Source of the DNA: Somniosus microcephalus
Lineage: Eukaryota
DNA: 64,000 nucleotides
Assembly (NCBI GenBank): GCA_052327205.1
Contig: CM126209.1
Coordinates: 33,852,001-33,916,000 of the forward strand
Direction of reading: 5' to 3'
The first letter of the stretch is position 1, and every line of letters starts with the position of its first letter. Below are positions 26,001 to 40,200 of the stretch, piece after piece. A model generated the notes under the pieces. That model was not told the origin of the DNA and searched no databases. It was given only the letters and a program-made list of their open reading frames with translations. The position numbers and the translations under genes are program-made.

Positions 26001-29000
26001 TAATGTTAATAGTGCATATTTTAGCAAACAACTAATTCTAAACCAATATCTTAATCTGTTCAGACAAACAGCATCATTTATTTAAACATGCCAAACAAAA
26101 ACCAATTTCACCTTTATTGCTGTCTGCACTGCAGGAATCAGGAATTAGGAATTTTCAATGCAAGCAGTGTACACAGTTCTTGCCATTTCTACATTCACTA
26201 TTTTATTAAAGAGACGACTAATTTGCGCAGACATACTGAAATCCTTACTTGAAGGATTGACCATTAATATTTACAGCAAAACACCGCAAATAAGTAAATT
26301 CATAACTTATTTTATGGATTTATTGAACAGATATACAAGTGCAGAATCTATAACTATTATTCAAAGCTACTCATTTTTTTTTTATAAACACAGAGTAGAT
26401 TTTATAAAATAGCCAAAAGGCTAAAGGAACACAATGCTATAATAACTAGCAGTACTGGCGTTAGAAAAGCAACAAAGGCATTGAAAAGTTCAAGTAGGAA
26501 ACTGCTTCATTAGATCAGGGAATGATTTTACAATAACAAAAAAATTGAAATACAAAACTCAGTATGATTAAATGGCCCTTAAATGAGTCCCTAGATCATT
26601 CATTAGGAACCACAATTATTTCTTCTACACAGAACACACAACATGTCAACTTGAAAAATTAAGATATTGGCAAATAAAATATTTAAATTATAATTTAAAA
26701 TGTTGTACACATTTGCAAAAAGACAAATTTGCAAAAAGACAAATTAATTACTTTTTTTTTACAAAGATCTGGTACACTATAACATTTTTAAATTTTAACT
26801 ATTAGAGAATTGTTTAATACTAGGAGTAGATGCAAATATTTGTATTTTTGAAGGGTTGCATTTATTGTTAAATGTATTCAGCAAAAGTGACAATTTATGT
26901 AAGCACAGAACACGTTCTCTTAATTATGAGAAATAGCATGTTACTGTAAACAAAAACATCATCAATTGCAAGGACCGCTGCCATGATTTTACCATCAAAA
27001 CCTAGAAACGGTTCATGCAAATCTCTCTTTTAGACAGTTCTCACCAAAACACTGTTCACTAATGAAATCATCTACAATACAATTCAGGAACAAATTAAGT
27101 TTTTGTACTAGCTACTGGGGTCCCACTTACAATTCTAATGAAGTCAACACTCCAATAAGATGTGTTCAGAAAGTTTCCTGGGCCACCAGCACAGAGATCC
27201 TTTTCACCAATTAGTGCAAAGAAAAAGGGGAAAAAACAGAGTGCCCGTACTCAAAGAGCTAGGCCTTACGGCAAATCTGTCATGTCGACTGAATTGATCA
27301 ACGGGACTGGTATTTCTAATGGCATCTTGTCAGGAAAAGTCAGCCATAGGGAGCCACCTGTGTTACTCTTTGCAGACAGCTAAAGAGCTAGATACCGATC
27401 TCAGGCAGCATCTTTTACTAACAATTTGGGAGAGCAGTCTGCTTTCTACTGCAGTACAACTTGTCATTCTGCAATCATCACCTGGCTCCCTTTTTTCAGC
27501 AATGGTTATAAGCTGAACACAGCTCCTCTGCAGACAGCCAATTTACCAGAAACTCGGAACATTACAAAACGGTGAAAATTATCCATTTCTAATAAAACCA
27601 ATTAATTGTGCATATCATTATGCCCATGGATTCTCTTCTCTTTAACCCCAAACAGAACCTAGATTTTACAATATAACAAGAGTACAGATGATGTGAAGTC
27701 ATTTTTGGCCAAGGAATGTTTTTCCTGGTTCAATAATACAGCATCTGAAATCTCAAGTCAGTTCTTCAGCCAATAACGTGTTCATGAACTATTTTGCAGT
27801 ATGGTACCATAAACATTATACAATATATGGACGGCCAGATATATACCAAATACATTATTGAGTTCCACAAAATGAATTACGGAAATTAGGAATCTGAATG
27901 TAAAAGCCGCTAAACGCATATATTTTTATATATATATATATTTTTTTTAGGCGGTCTAGTTTGTTAAGCGAGTCAAAAACACTTGGCTTGCAAATCACGT
28001 ATTGCAACCTTTCTTGCTCTCATCAGTCAATGAAATTCTCAGGTTCTTTTTTGCAGCCTGCGGCGGCGGCTTTGCCCAGGGACATATACCAATAGAAAAA
28101 TTTTCATCGTGTTAGCATTTCAAATGGCAGAAAGTGAAAGGAAGCCCTAACTGATCATAGCCTGCGGAATTAATTGGCTATCCTCTGAATAATGTCGCTC
28201 ACCGAATATCCTTGGGAGACGAGCACTAGCCGAGGCCACGTTTTGTGCAGCGGCTTCAAAAAAAAAAAAGCGCTTAGGGGGTATTGGCTGTCTTAAGACT
28301 TTAGCGCATTTCCCCAAAGACCAAGAAAACAGAAACAGCGAGCCTCGCCCAACTAATCCATTTGGTAATTAAACGCACAATTCCATTAAGCATTCTTCCA
28401 CCGTTTCAAAATTATGTGAACAATAGATTCCGATCGCTCTAAATTTATATGCAGGATACTATATCAATGCAATGAGCGCGGCTGGAAGCATTCGGTTTTA
28501 AGTGAGGAAAATTTAAAATATTCTCGGCTTTTGGCCAGTTTTAAAACAAAGAACTCAAGTAGACGCCATGTTGCTACTTGTTTCATTCTGTAGGATTAAA
28601 GTTTGAGCTTTTTTTCAATTCATCAAAGGATATGCAATGACCCTGCTTGATATGAGTATACCTCTCTTTAAGACACATCTTAATCTAACCTTTTTAAGAC
28701 TCTTTGCTTTCAAACTCAAAACAGCATTAAAAATAGGCATTGTTGGTCAGCCCTGGGAGACTGAGCTCCTGGCTTTCGCTGGCCAGGGCAGTGGCCCTCT
28801 GGATACACAGCTGCTTATGCGACCAAATAAGCTCTGTACAGCAAAGCAAAGCAAAGGGGGGAAAAAATGAAAAGACGAGATTAAGAATCTTCGCAAATGT
28901 TCCATCTTTCGTTATCGACTGCAGCCTAGCGTGAGGTGTCAATTTTCAGCTCTAAAGAGAGGACACAAATTCGCAGCGGTCCCATTATGCGGTCTCTTCG

Positions 29001-32000
29001 CTCATTGTATATTCCGTCAACGAAGTCAATCTTATTAACTTCCGCTCTGGTTCACACATGACATTTTCTTCAATTTTCTTGCCAACATCAAAAACATCAA
29101 TTAGCAGCTAGAAAATAGGAAGGAACAAATGACAGAGCCCGATAACGTCAACTATTTGAAACAGAGGGTAAATCTATTCTGCAGTACTGAATGCATTCAT
29201 TACCAATTCATTTTCAAAGGAGGCTTCCAAATAGCAAAGAAAATTAAATTTATCATCTAGAAATTTCCAGAAATTGTTTGTATTTTAATCCTATATCTAC
29301 AGCGTCATTTCCAAATGCAACATGAAGAAATGTTACCCAGTTTTAGGTTTACACAATGCAACTTGGGAGAGAAGTTGGAATTAGAAGGGCTCAGCAGTAT
29401 TCAGAACGCATCGAGTTACAAATAGAAACCTGAAAGAAATGTGACCGTCCGGACTTACTCCAATATTTCTACACTTTATTGACCCTACTTTCCTAAATTT
29501 AAGTTACAAGGAAGATCCCTTCATCCATCGAAATGAGACACAAATTACAAACTTAATTGCTTTGTTCAGCAGACTTTGTTTCACTGGATAACTGACATGT
29601 AGCTAAAAGTGTATCGTGGCAAACCTTGTTTTACAATACTTAAGTAAAAGCCATTTCTGCTGATGTGCCTGCTTTATGAGAAGGCTTTCATGCTTGTATT
29701 ACATCTCCTAGGGAGTGAATAAAAGCAAATTTAGTGACTGCTGAAGACGACTGCTCGGAATTAATGTGAACAGAAAAGGGCAGCTACACCAAATAAACAG
29801 ATCACTTTCCTCTGGCCATTGATTTCTTGATCTTTTGACATTATTTACGAGCTTCCTATTCTCTTTCCTGTCTTTTTTCCAATGTCACAAAGGAAAAATG
29901 TCTAAACAGCTGATGGCAGGATTATCAATTAGCTGTCAAGATTCTGCTTTCCAGCACTGAACAATACCTGCCATAATGCTGAAGATCGGTAATACAACGA
30001 GACACAGCTAATACAGTGCTCTCTGCCTATAGACTTGGATGGCACAGTGGCAAGTCTTGATGAAATTTGTGTCTCGATCATTTCTACAAATATATTGATT
30101 TAGCTAGTCGTAACCGAATACATATTGTAAATTATAATTAAGAATTTATATTTAGTATCAGATAACATTGACTTGCAAATATACATTTTTCTTCTCAAAA
30201 TATAGGGTGGTGGCAGATAGGGTGCTCGATTCTTACCGCAAAAGCTCTTGTAAACACATTCCAGTGACACTGTAATGATTTCTTTAGGTGCATGCTAGGA
30301 CCTAACCTTGGTACTTCTATGTATTCTGTTTATAAAGGGGGTGAGAAGAGAAAGAGAAAGAAGAAATGTCTTAACTTAATGATTAAGTTGGCAATAATAG
30401 TGTAATGAGGATGATTACATTCAGTCCAGCAATCGTGGTCAAGATTGCCACCAAAAGTGCAGTTCTGCTTTTAAAGACTCTGCAAGCTGTGTGTAATTAA
30501 GAGTCAGAGAAGTACAATTTATTCAGTGTTTCACTGGATCTAGGACTCTTCGTGTACAATTTAGTGTTGGCTTATAAATCATTCTAAAACAAGACCAGTA
30601 AAAGAAAATACCCCTGTAACTTGTGTTAACAGGTTTTGTAAGGTTACCTATCCTTTACAAATAAAATTTCAGTTGTAAATGTATCTATAATTACAAGGTA
30701 AGAATAGTGATGATACATAAATCATTACATAGTTAGGGGGGGGTCACAAAAAGAATAAGCTAATAATGTAAGATGATGCACATCTTAACTGACATCTATA
30801 AAAGTACGTGTTCACGTAAAATACAACAAACTTAATAAACCATTTCAATTTATTTAGCAACTGTCTGTGTGTTACTTTCAGTTTGTAAGAATCTGCTTTA
30901 GAATTTCACAATTCTTGTAGCCTTTTAAGTGGTAGAACACACATCTGGACATTGCAAGGTGCAGAAAAATTCACTGCTCAAGTGGCTTAAGTGGGTGATG
31001 TTTGGAGGTTCTGACATATTTAAAACCAATAGCACTGCTGGGTAATTCAGTCAATGTTTTATATCTGCCTGAATGTTCTGTGGCACCTAAAAAATTAGCA
31101 TGTTCCAGAAATAGTGGCTAAAGGAGCTACAAGTACTTTCAAGCATTGCCTTAGAACATCCTGGACAATAATCAGTCTGAATATATTTGGAGGCGGGGGG
31201 AGAGAAAGAATCTTCAAAGATTTTCCAGTACTTTAATATCTAGCTATCTTCGCTAAAAATTCCCTATCTGCAGTATCTTACAGCTCACCCACTACTGCAT
31301 AGAATTCTAAAATATTACTAATTATCAGAGCCACACTACGCAATGCTAAACACCAAAGTTTTCAATTTGACATGCTTTTTTTTGTTCAGTCTAACATTTT
31401 AAAATTTCTAAACCTATTCAGGGCTATTCCTTGGTGCTGCAGAAGTCAAAATCCAATGTTCTGTATAGTTATTGCTATTTTTCCTGACAATTTACATCCT
31501 TATTTGGAATAACGAACCCAAATATTTTTTTATTGTTGTGTAAATAGCAAAATGTTCATTGACCAAAAGCAGCAAACAGTAACCACAAGCTGCTGATTAC
31601 CGGCATTTGCGGTTGTGGTTCTGCACCATGATCTGTCCTTGAAACTGATGCCGCACACGAATCCATTAGGCGAGAGCATTGGTGCTCTTGATCTATTATT
31701 TACAAAGAAAACCCTCCCCTTGCTTAAGTGGCCCCTATACTTCAGCCTTCATTACAAGATCATTTTTATTCTTGTAAAAAACCCCATACTCAGTTTAATC
31801 AGGCTGATAGCACCTACACCCTACCCTGTCCAGTCTCGCTGCTTGGGATTTTTAAAAAAACTAGCATTCCTATCATAACACTGTCATTTGGAGCGCCGTT
31901 ATGTTTTTGACATCCAAAATTAAGTATAATTGATCAGCTGAGACCTTACGCCACTTGGCCTTTTTGATACAAAATTTAACAGTTTGCTGCCTACTATACA

Positions 32001-33289
32001 TGAATCTGGATTTTTCTTTTGTTACTGTAGTTTATACAGCTGCCTCTCAGATTATGCAACAATGTATAATTAAAAACCATTCTACGTACAGTTTTCATTA
32101 ACATTTGTACTCTGTGTGAAGATACGTTTTAAGGAAACTACTGAGAGGATTCAATCAATGTTTTGTAAGTTTTGGGTACCACTTATAAAGAGACATCTAG
32201 TAGAATATCTTTTATACCACTGTAGAACTTATTGCTGCAATATTTTATGCTTCATTAAAGTATTTACATTTCAAACCTGCAGGGCAATTTAAATGCACAA
32301 CCACTACTAGTTGTTCATAATCACATTCTCCTCCCCAGTAAATCATACAAGTATATTCCGACACATTTTTATTTAATAAAATCGATACAAAATTTTATTG
32401 AGTTGTATAAATTTGTGCCGTCATTATTTGTTGTGCAGGGAAAATAGTAAGAAAAAAAACACACATTAATGTCGATTCATTTATACCACAATAATGTTAT
32501 AGGTTGCACACTTCTGAAAGCACTGAATTACACTTGAGGAATTCAGACTGCTTGCCTTAATCATTTTGACATTTAACTAGCAATTATTAATTCAATTTGT
32601 CTTTATTACAGCCACCAGAGACTGATGGATAACCATCACTAGATATGGTACAGCACTGCATGACAGAAAATTGCAGAACAATGCAATATTATAGATAGAG
32701 CTGTTAAGCAGCTGCTAATACTGTACAGCTGAGACTCCCTTTCAGGTGCACACCATTACCTCGGCCACGGTTGGTCTAAGCATCAGCAAAAATACTACAA
32801 CGTTAAACTATTCAGGTCAATGTCTCTTTTAGAACGCAAAAAAAAGATTTATACGCCGGACAAAACATACTTAAGGAAGAGTCACTAGCCACACCTCCCT
32901 TAACAAACTATTCAATGTTCCAAATGCACTTCGAATCTTACATGAAAAGAAATCCTACTTTTCTATTAGCCAAAGGAACAACAAATTTGGTAGGCCACTA
33001 AAACATTACCAACCCACATCTTTTTGAATATGCATAAATAGTGCAGACATTCTCCTCCTCAAATCTACTTTACGTTGAAAGGCAGCAGCAACTCCATATG
33101 ATTTGTTTAAATGGACAGTGTTAAGACATCTGAAATCCTGACTATGTGGGGAAACACTCATTGTCACAAGCAGAACCTGCGCACAGTAAAGTTGAAAGCA
33201 ACCGGGGCTTCCAAAACTTGTAATGTAGTAGCATAACTCGTATTTTGATAGCCTGGGGCTACTGTGAATTTCCATCCCTATTTTGTACA

Positions 33290-33790
33290 TTCATAAGGTA
33301 CCATACAATCAAGAGTTTCAAAGAATAGGACATTATTTTGCCCATCATGGCTGCACTGCCTCAAACCATTTATTTCCCCCTCAGATATCCATCCACTTCC
33401 CTTTTAAAAGCCTTCAAGGATTCTGCTTCCACCAGCGTTACCGGCAAGGCATCCCATGTCCTAAGAGCCCGCTGTATATTTTTTTTTAAATCTTCCAAAT
33501 TTTCCTTTTGTTCTTTTTGATGATCTTAACTGCTTCTAGTTAGGACTCAATGACCAGTGGAAATATAGTTTTCCCTATTTACTTAGCAAAACCCCACGTA
33601 ATTTTAAACACCTCTCAGATCTCCTCTCAACTTTCTCTGTTCTCGGCGAGAAGAGCCTCAGTTTTTCTAATCTCTCCTTATAACTAAAGCTTTTCACCCC
33701 CAGATCATCTTTGGAATGTCTTCTGCACCCTCTCCATGGCCCCCGACATCCTTCCTAAAGTAGTGTGCACAAAACTAGAAATGGGGTAAG
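33290..33790 (-). mobile_element. Degraded CR1 LINE 3' fragment
   Basis: Reverse-complement CR1 motifs (atttaaacacctct..agatctcctctcaac, ctgcaccctctcca, catccttcctaaagtagtgtgc..aaact). Confidence 0.7.
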
Positions 33791-33899
33791 TTTTGTTTTT
33801 CACTTTAAGATTAGCTTGCTTCTATTCTACCCCCACAAACTGGCAAAACCCCAATCCTCCAACAATTTCCACCCATTAGTGCGACTGAATTCAAAACCT

Positions 33900-34190
33900 A
33901 GAAGTGAAAGAATACTGTACTAATAATCTGAAGGCCCTAATCCATAGACATCACAGCATTCCAGTACCTTGCTGCAGTGTCCATTCTTGATGCGTGAACC
34001 AAGACTGTGAACACTGGCGAGCAACTTGACCATTCGGGGCGTCAGTGAGCCCCTGTGCTGTCCTCACCAGACATTCCTTAACATGTACTTCCCGTGTCAG
34101 CCCTGGCTAACTTAGCATAAGCCAAGGATCACGCTTGGAAACTTCCAATTCAATATTGCTCAGTCGCATTTATGCATTGACCCGTTCAGG
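33900..34190 (-). mobile_element. AmnSINE2-like SINE fragment
   Basis: ccagtacctt..ccattctt..gtgaacc, gtcctcacc, gctaacttagcata match the reverse complement of other copies. Confidence 0.5.
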
Positions 34191-34869
34191 AGCACTCGAG
34201 GTATTTTAATGTCATGGTTATGGTGGATTTTTTTTTAACTTGTTATTAACAAATTCTTACAAGAGCTATTGTTCAATGCAGAGGAAATGTTAAGCTTTGC
34301 TTTAAAATATAAAAGCCGTAAAATGATAGTATTTAGTGCAGGATGGTAAAAATAATGCCCATTTTATTTCAGCATTAACAAGCACTATATGGTACTCTGT
34401 GACACATGGCTTTCGTATAAAGGAGATTACGTGAGGAAGACCCTACCTATCCTAGTGAGCAAAGAAATGAGGAAATGTCATCTTCACAGGACTTTTTAAA
34501 AAGAGAAGTGAATCAGACTTTATTTAATAATACAACAAATACTTGTGTTAAACAAGTTTATCCCCAAACCAAATATTTTGCATTAAAGAAATAAATACAT
34601 TAACATCTGATAGAACAGAAACCACAACATACCAGCTTACAGGCTGCACATTACACAGCAAGATAGTGCAAGATAGTAATCACGCAGAAATACAGGAACG
34701 GAATGCAGTCCCATATTCCTTGTTTTATAAATCGTGTTTAAATCCTTTTTACATAGACTTTAAATCACAAGGTGATAGCAAAGTATGGGAGAAAGAAAGA
34801 AGCATTTAAGAGCAGTGAGAAAATTATTATATAGAAAAAAATGCTTCAATTTATGTAGTAGAGATCAAA

Positions 34870-35045
34870 GAAAAAAACACAAATGCTGGAACTCCGAAAT
34901 TAAACAGAAAACACTGGAAATACACAGCTGTCAATCAGCAGCTGTTAACAAAAGCTAGGTTAATATGGCTAATAAAAGGTTATATCCAAAACGTTAACCT
35001 ATCTTTCTCTTTCAGGTGCTGATTGACCCACTGTGCACTTCTAGC
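34870..35045. mobile_element. Palindromic Penelope-like terminal repeat remnant typical of shark genomes
   Basis: aaatgctgga..aaacagaaaacactggaaatacacagc..gttaa / aacgttaacct..tctctttcaggtgctgattgaccc..ctagc forms an imperfect inverted pair; family assignment from memory. Confidence 0.45.
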
Positions 35046-36689
35046 CCCTTTTTATATGCTGGGTAGACATCCTGCCCGTAGCCAATAATGAATGAGATGG
35101 CTAAAGGTATGGCTTTCTTAAGAAATTCAGATTTGTTTCTATCCCAGTCAAAAAAATGTTCGCAAATGTTTCTTTCCCCGCTTTCAAATACTCTGATTAT
35201 CTCTTCATGGCTTTTAATTGGTGGTTTAATTCTGTGATAAACAATATTTATACCTCACCTGCACACCTCCTCTTGCCTTGCATAGTGAAAGTATTTTTTA
35301 TGATTTATGAAGAGTAAAGTCCTTAATTCCAGGGAAGGGTCTGTTCAAAAACCATAAAACCTTCACACTTCATAACAGTCTTTACCATTTGCTGCTTAAT
35401 GCAATCATAGCAGACAAACTGTCGGGATCACTATCCGCTTGGAGTTAATCAACTGTTCAGCCTAGTCTGTTCATTCTGTACTATTACACGGAATGCAACA
35501 CTGTGCACTTAATACCTTGCTGCAGTTATGTGGCAATTCTCGGCTTGATGATGCCCAAAGGGTGCAATTACCTTCAATTACACCAAGTAATTTTTATTAT
35601 GGAATTCTAGTTGACCACACCACATAAGAAGTTGGAATATTCAGCCATTTCCACTCAATTCACAAATAGTGTATATGTAATTCTGTGCTTGTGAAACTTA
35701 AAATGTAGGATTTAATCACAGAACAATGTTTGATTCTTTACGAATGTAAGCAAAAAGTCTACAGCGGACCAAATGAAGTAATAATGTGTATAAAACTTCA
35801 GCCCAAAAGAAAGAGATTTATAAATTAATCTTTTCAAGATTTGTCAGATTTATTTTAAACAGCACTGTACTACATAAAATTCAGATTATTTGTAACCAAT
35901 TAAAAGTAATGAATAATTGTTCAGTACTTGCCAGAAAAGAGTATAAAATCTATTGCCAGGGCGTCCTTTAATTGCTACTTTTAATGCACTTCACCAATTA
36001 CTGTTTCAGAAGGAACAGATTATATAATACGTGCAAGACAGTGAACATGGGAAGGGGAAGAAAAATCAAATCTGGAACTTTTTCATGACAATCTAAATTG
36101 CTTTTTTCTTGATGGCAAGGTCAATTTTCTCAGCTCAGTGTTAGAATGCTACCGGGACTTAATAATCACTGCTAGATCTTCTCTACGGGTTCAAACATCT
36201 TGGGAGATTATTCAGCCGCAGTTTCAAGAATTGCACATCATATTTACTTTTTCTATATGCCAATTGATCCGGAATCAATTGGTTTGCACAGAGTTAACTG
36301 CCAATTTGTGATGAATGGATAATCTAGATTTAGAGAATAGGAAAAACCTTAATTCTTTCAGTCAGATTGGATTTGAAACTATAATTCTAGCCTCCGTTGC
36401 AATCTAGCATTCAGCATGGCCTTGGATGCTAGAAGAATTGGGTGTCTGGTTGCACCCATCAGTACATGCAAAAGAGTACGCATAATGGACGTAGCACACC
36501 AGAGTTTCGCTACCTTCACAGGCAGAGAATCCTTCCCCCCCAAGCATATCCATCCCAAAACAATCATTCAGCCTCCCAGGGATCAACTGCAAAGTTTTGT
36601 TTCCAAGGCCCGACAACCTTTGTCTGAAAGTAGCAAGTCCACAGAAGCAATAATGGACCCCATCAGAAACTGTTCTCTGCAAAGGTTAG

Positions 36690-37260
36690 CAAAAAGGCGT
36701 TTTGGAATGTTAGTCTTACCTCAAGGGGATTGGAATTCAAAAGTGAGGAAGTGATGCTTTTGTTGTACAGAGCCTTGGTCAGACCGCATCTGGAGTACTG
36801 CGTTCAGTTTTGGGCACCGAACCTCAGGAAGGATATACTGGCCTTGGCAGGGGTACAGCAAAGATTCACCAGGATTATACCAAAGCTTAAAGGGTTCAGT
36901 TAGGAGAACAGGTTGCATAAACTTGGCTATTATTCTCTTGAGTTCAGAAGGTTGAGGGGAGGGGTGATCTAATTGAGGTCTTCAAAATGATAAAAGGGAT
37001 TCAATACAGAAAAAAACTATTTCCTCTGGTGGGGAATCCAGAAGAGGGCATAATCTTAAAATTAGAGCTATGCAGTTTAGGACTGTAACCAGGAGGCACA
37101 TTTTCACACAAAGGGCAGTGGAATTCTGGACCTCACCCTCCCAAAAGAATGTGGATACTGGGTAAAATGAAACTTTCAAGACTGAGATCGAGATTTTTAT
37201 TAGGCAAGGGCATCAACAGATAGGGAACAAAGTTGGAGTTGAGCTGGCGGTTCGATCTTA
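36690..37260 (+). mobile_element. CR1 LINE 3' fragment (ORF2 C-terminus, pseudogenised)
   Basis: Translates to EVMLLLYRALVRPHLEYCVQFWAPNLRKDILAL..VQQRFTRIIP.LKG with a stop and frameshifts; hallmark CR1 motif. Confidence 0.9.
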
Positions 37261-40200
37261 CACTGTGTCAGAACACGGCCTAGTCCCCTCTGGGCCCTGG
37301 GTGTGAAACTGGTCCAGACTGATGGGGTGAATGTCTCCTCTCTCTGCAAGCTGTAAGCATTCCAAGTAAAATAGTTTGTCCAGTCTCAGCTTGGCTCCAA
37401 GTATGCCAAGTCCATGGTTAAAAAAAACACTACTTATAATTCAACACGAATGGAAGACTTCACTTGAAGAGGTCACAAGGATGGGAAATGAAGATATTAC
37501 TCCAGTAAAAGTCGGAAGTACTCTTCAGATGTCGAGACCCGGCTCATGATTGGGCCAGTACAAAAGGAGCATTGCTTTGTGTGTAATCTATGCAGTGCTT
37601 GATGTGGGGGTGATTTATATAAAATACTGAGTGGAAAATTTGGGAAAATCCTGCTGTTTTCCACATTATACTCATATTTAACACACATCTCGTATTTCAT
37701 AATGAAAGGTCATTACACTCAATTGAACTAACTTAGTTTAGGCACAAAGCCCCTTTTGTGCTGGCCCAATCAGGAGCCTGGTCTCAACCTCTGAGGAGTA
37801 CTTCTGACTTTACCAGTGTAATATCTTCCTTTCTGATCCTTGTGAGTGAGGTCAATTTGTGGGTTTTTTTTTTTTTTTTACTGTGGAGGTGGCACACTAG
37901 GAGCGAGGATGGGACTGGACAAACTAATTTATGTATGCGTGCGAATGATGGAGGAGCTGCGGGATACAGTTTATAGCCTATGAGTAGGCAAATATATCAC
38001 AAAGGAGTTATGGTCAGTGCCATAGGTAGGAAATATATTCTATATGTCGTTGCTCCTGGCCATGTTTTTAAAGCCACTTTAAGTAACTGAAAATGTTAAC
38101 AACGTTAGATGTAAAATTTTAATTGGAATCATAATTGATGTGAGGAATGCAAGGAAGTGCTGGTTTCACTATGATTTTCACCCCATTTACCCATTACACT
38201 ATTTTTTCTCAATTATAACATTCATGAAATATGAAACTATTTCATGAAATTATGTTATATATTCAGCAGTGGTAAAAATTATTTGCGGGGCAGAATCTAT
38301 CTTAATGGAGACAGGGAAAGCACAGAATTTTAAAACTCTGATGCTAGAATTAAAATATGTAACAGGTATTTCAACAACTATTCTCTTGTCCTACTTGATG
38401 AAAGTTATAAAAATATTCAATTTTAGCTAACACTTAACCCACTCAAAGTGGTTATATTGGTATTTACTAAAGTACTGGTGCATAAGCATGATAGCAAGGT
38501 GGCACCAAATACAAACCAACATGAAAGAGACTTATTCCATCCAAAGATACTCTTACTTCATAATGAAAAGTCACTACACTAATTGAACCAACTTTGTTTT
38601 CACAGTACTCTGTAGCCTAGAACATGACATAATTAGAGAAGCCGGGAGCAGCAGACGTTATCTATAGGGTCTTGCCTGAATTAAGTTGTGTGTAAGCGGT
38701 TTATAAATCACTGCTATAAAGAAAGAAAAAAGCCAGAAGATAACATTTATATTAAAACGGCAGATCATGATTTGGGGGTTTCCCCACTGTAAAACGTAAA
38801 AATGTAAAACATAAAAATGCCTGAACATGAAAGTCAGAAGAGATTTAAAAACAGGAGGACTACACAAACAGAACAACTGCACCAGTTACTGGAATATCAG
38901 GATACCCCTTAAGGCCAATGCGGAATTCTAAAAGGCCAAGAGTAAAAATGGGACTTAAACCTAGACTTCAAAACATTGAGCATCAGATTTTGAACACCGA
39001 AACCTTGTTATAACAAACCAACATTATAGATTTCCCAATGTAACAAAAAATTTCCACTCCCTGTTAAACCCCACCAGTTTGTAAAAACAAAGTTTGACTG
39101 TAAGCTTCCATTTCTAAAGCATTAATTGTGCTTCCTGTTGTGAAAAGCGCTATATAAATGCAAGTCCTTCCTTCCATTAATTCACATACATACATTTTAT
39201 ATAACCACACACGTATAATATATATCCCAGACATATACTAAAATTACAGCTAAAACAATGCTTAAGAGAAATTACAGAGATCCTTGGGTATCCTCCTCCA
39301 CATTAGTGGCAGAGGAGATAAGATAATGTAAGAAATCAGCTTGAATATCATGTGAAAGGATCAGTACAAAGCAACTCACAGTACAATGCATTATTAATAA
39401 TTTTCTGTCACTATACCAGAAATGCTTAAGAAGCGAGATGTAACAATGCTCCTTCAGGACTTGAGTGTTACCAATCACATCTTTAATCCTGCTCCTCAAG
39501 TAATTTATGCTGGGTAAACAGAATTTTAAAGCTGCAAATTTTGTGTGTGTTGGTCTTAAGTAGAACTGTGGGATGATTTCTTGTCAATGCTATCTGGAGC
39601 AGTATCATAAGCGCATTCCAAATGGGTGGCATTTTCGATTTCGCTAGGAATGCTGACTAGCAGAAATATTTTGCACGCGCTGTGACGCCGCGACACGTAA
39701 AAATCATCCCTGCTGAAAAACCACAAAATTGTAACCAAACGCAAACATGGTGAAGCTTATTTACAAAAATGTCAAGTCTTTTCAAGAGGAAGGTTCAATT
39801 CTGAATTGTGTTTGTGCATCTCGGGAGTTTTCAAACAATTACAGCATTGGGCGAGAGGATGCCAAGTAATTAACTTTTTTTTTATATAAAAGAGCCAGCC
39901 AAAAATAAAAACTGCACACCAGCTTAAGTTACTTTTAATCCTTAAACAGAATTAAATAAAATACACTATTATCAATAACCTGTTATTTAAAAGTACTAAA
40001 AACCCTGAGCTAGGAGGCTGTGGAATGCATTTTCCTCCATTTGGCCACACATTTTTGGGCATACATGGAGCAGCCGCCAATGAACCAAAATCAGACATTT
40101 GAGGTCCAGTGTCAGCGCACCACTGCAGAAACGCACCAGCAGACTTCCCCCTCTAATATTTTCGCCATATTTCAATTTTTTTAACCAAGACTGGGCCTCA

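Noticed and set aside
5058-35390. Other ATG|GTAA motifs on the minus strand (~5063, 8865, 18221, 26993, 35385)
   Set aside because: Weak +5/+6 donor positions and not clustered; treated as background for the ATG|GTAAGT finding.
37758-37976. SDFT motif reminiscent of the mammalian TCF7L2 optional exon 4a
   Set aside because: Wrong strand and only a 4-residue match.
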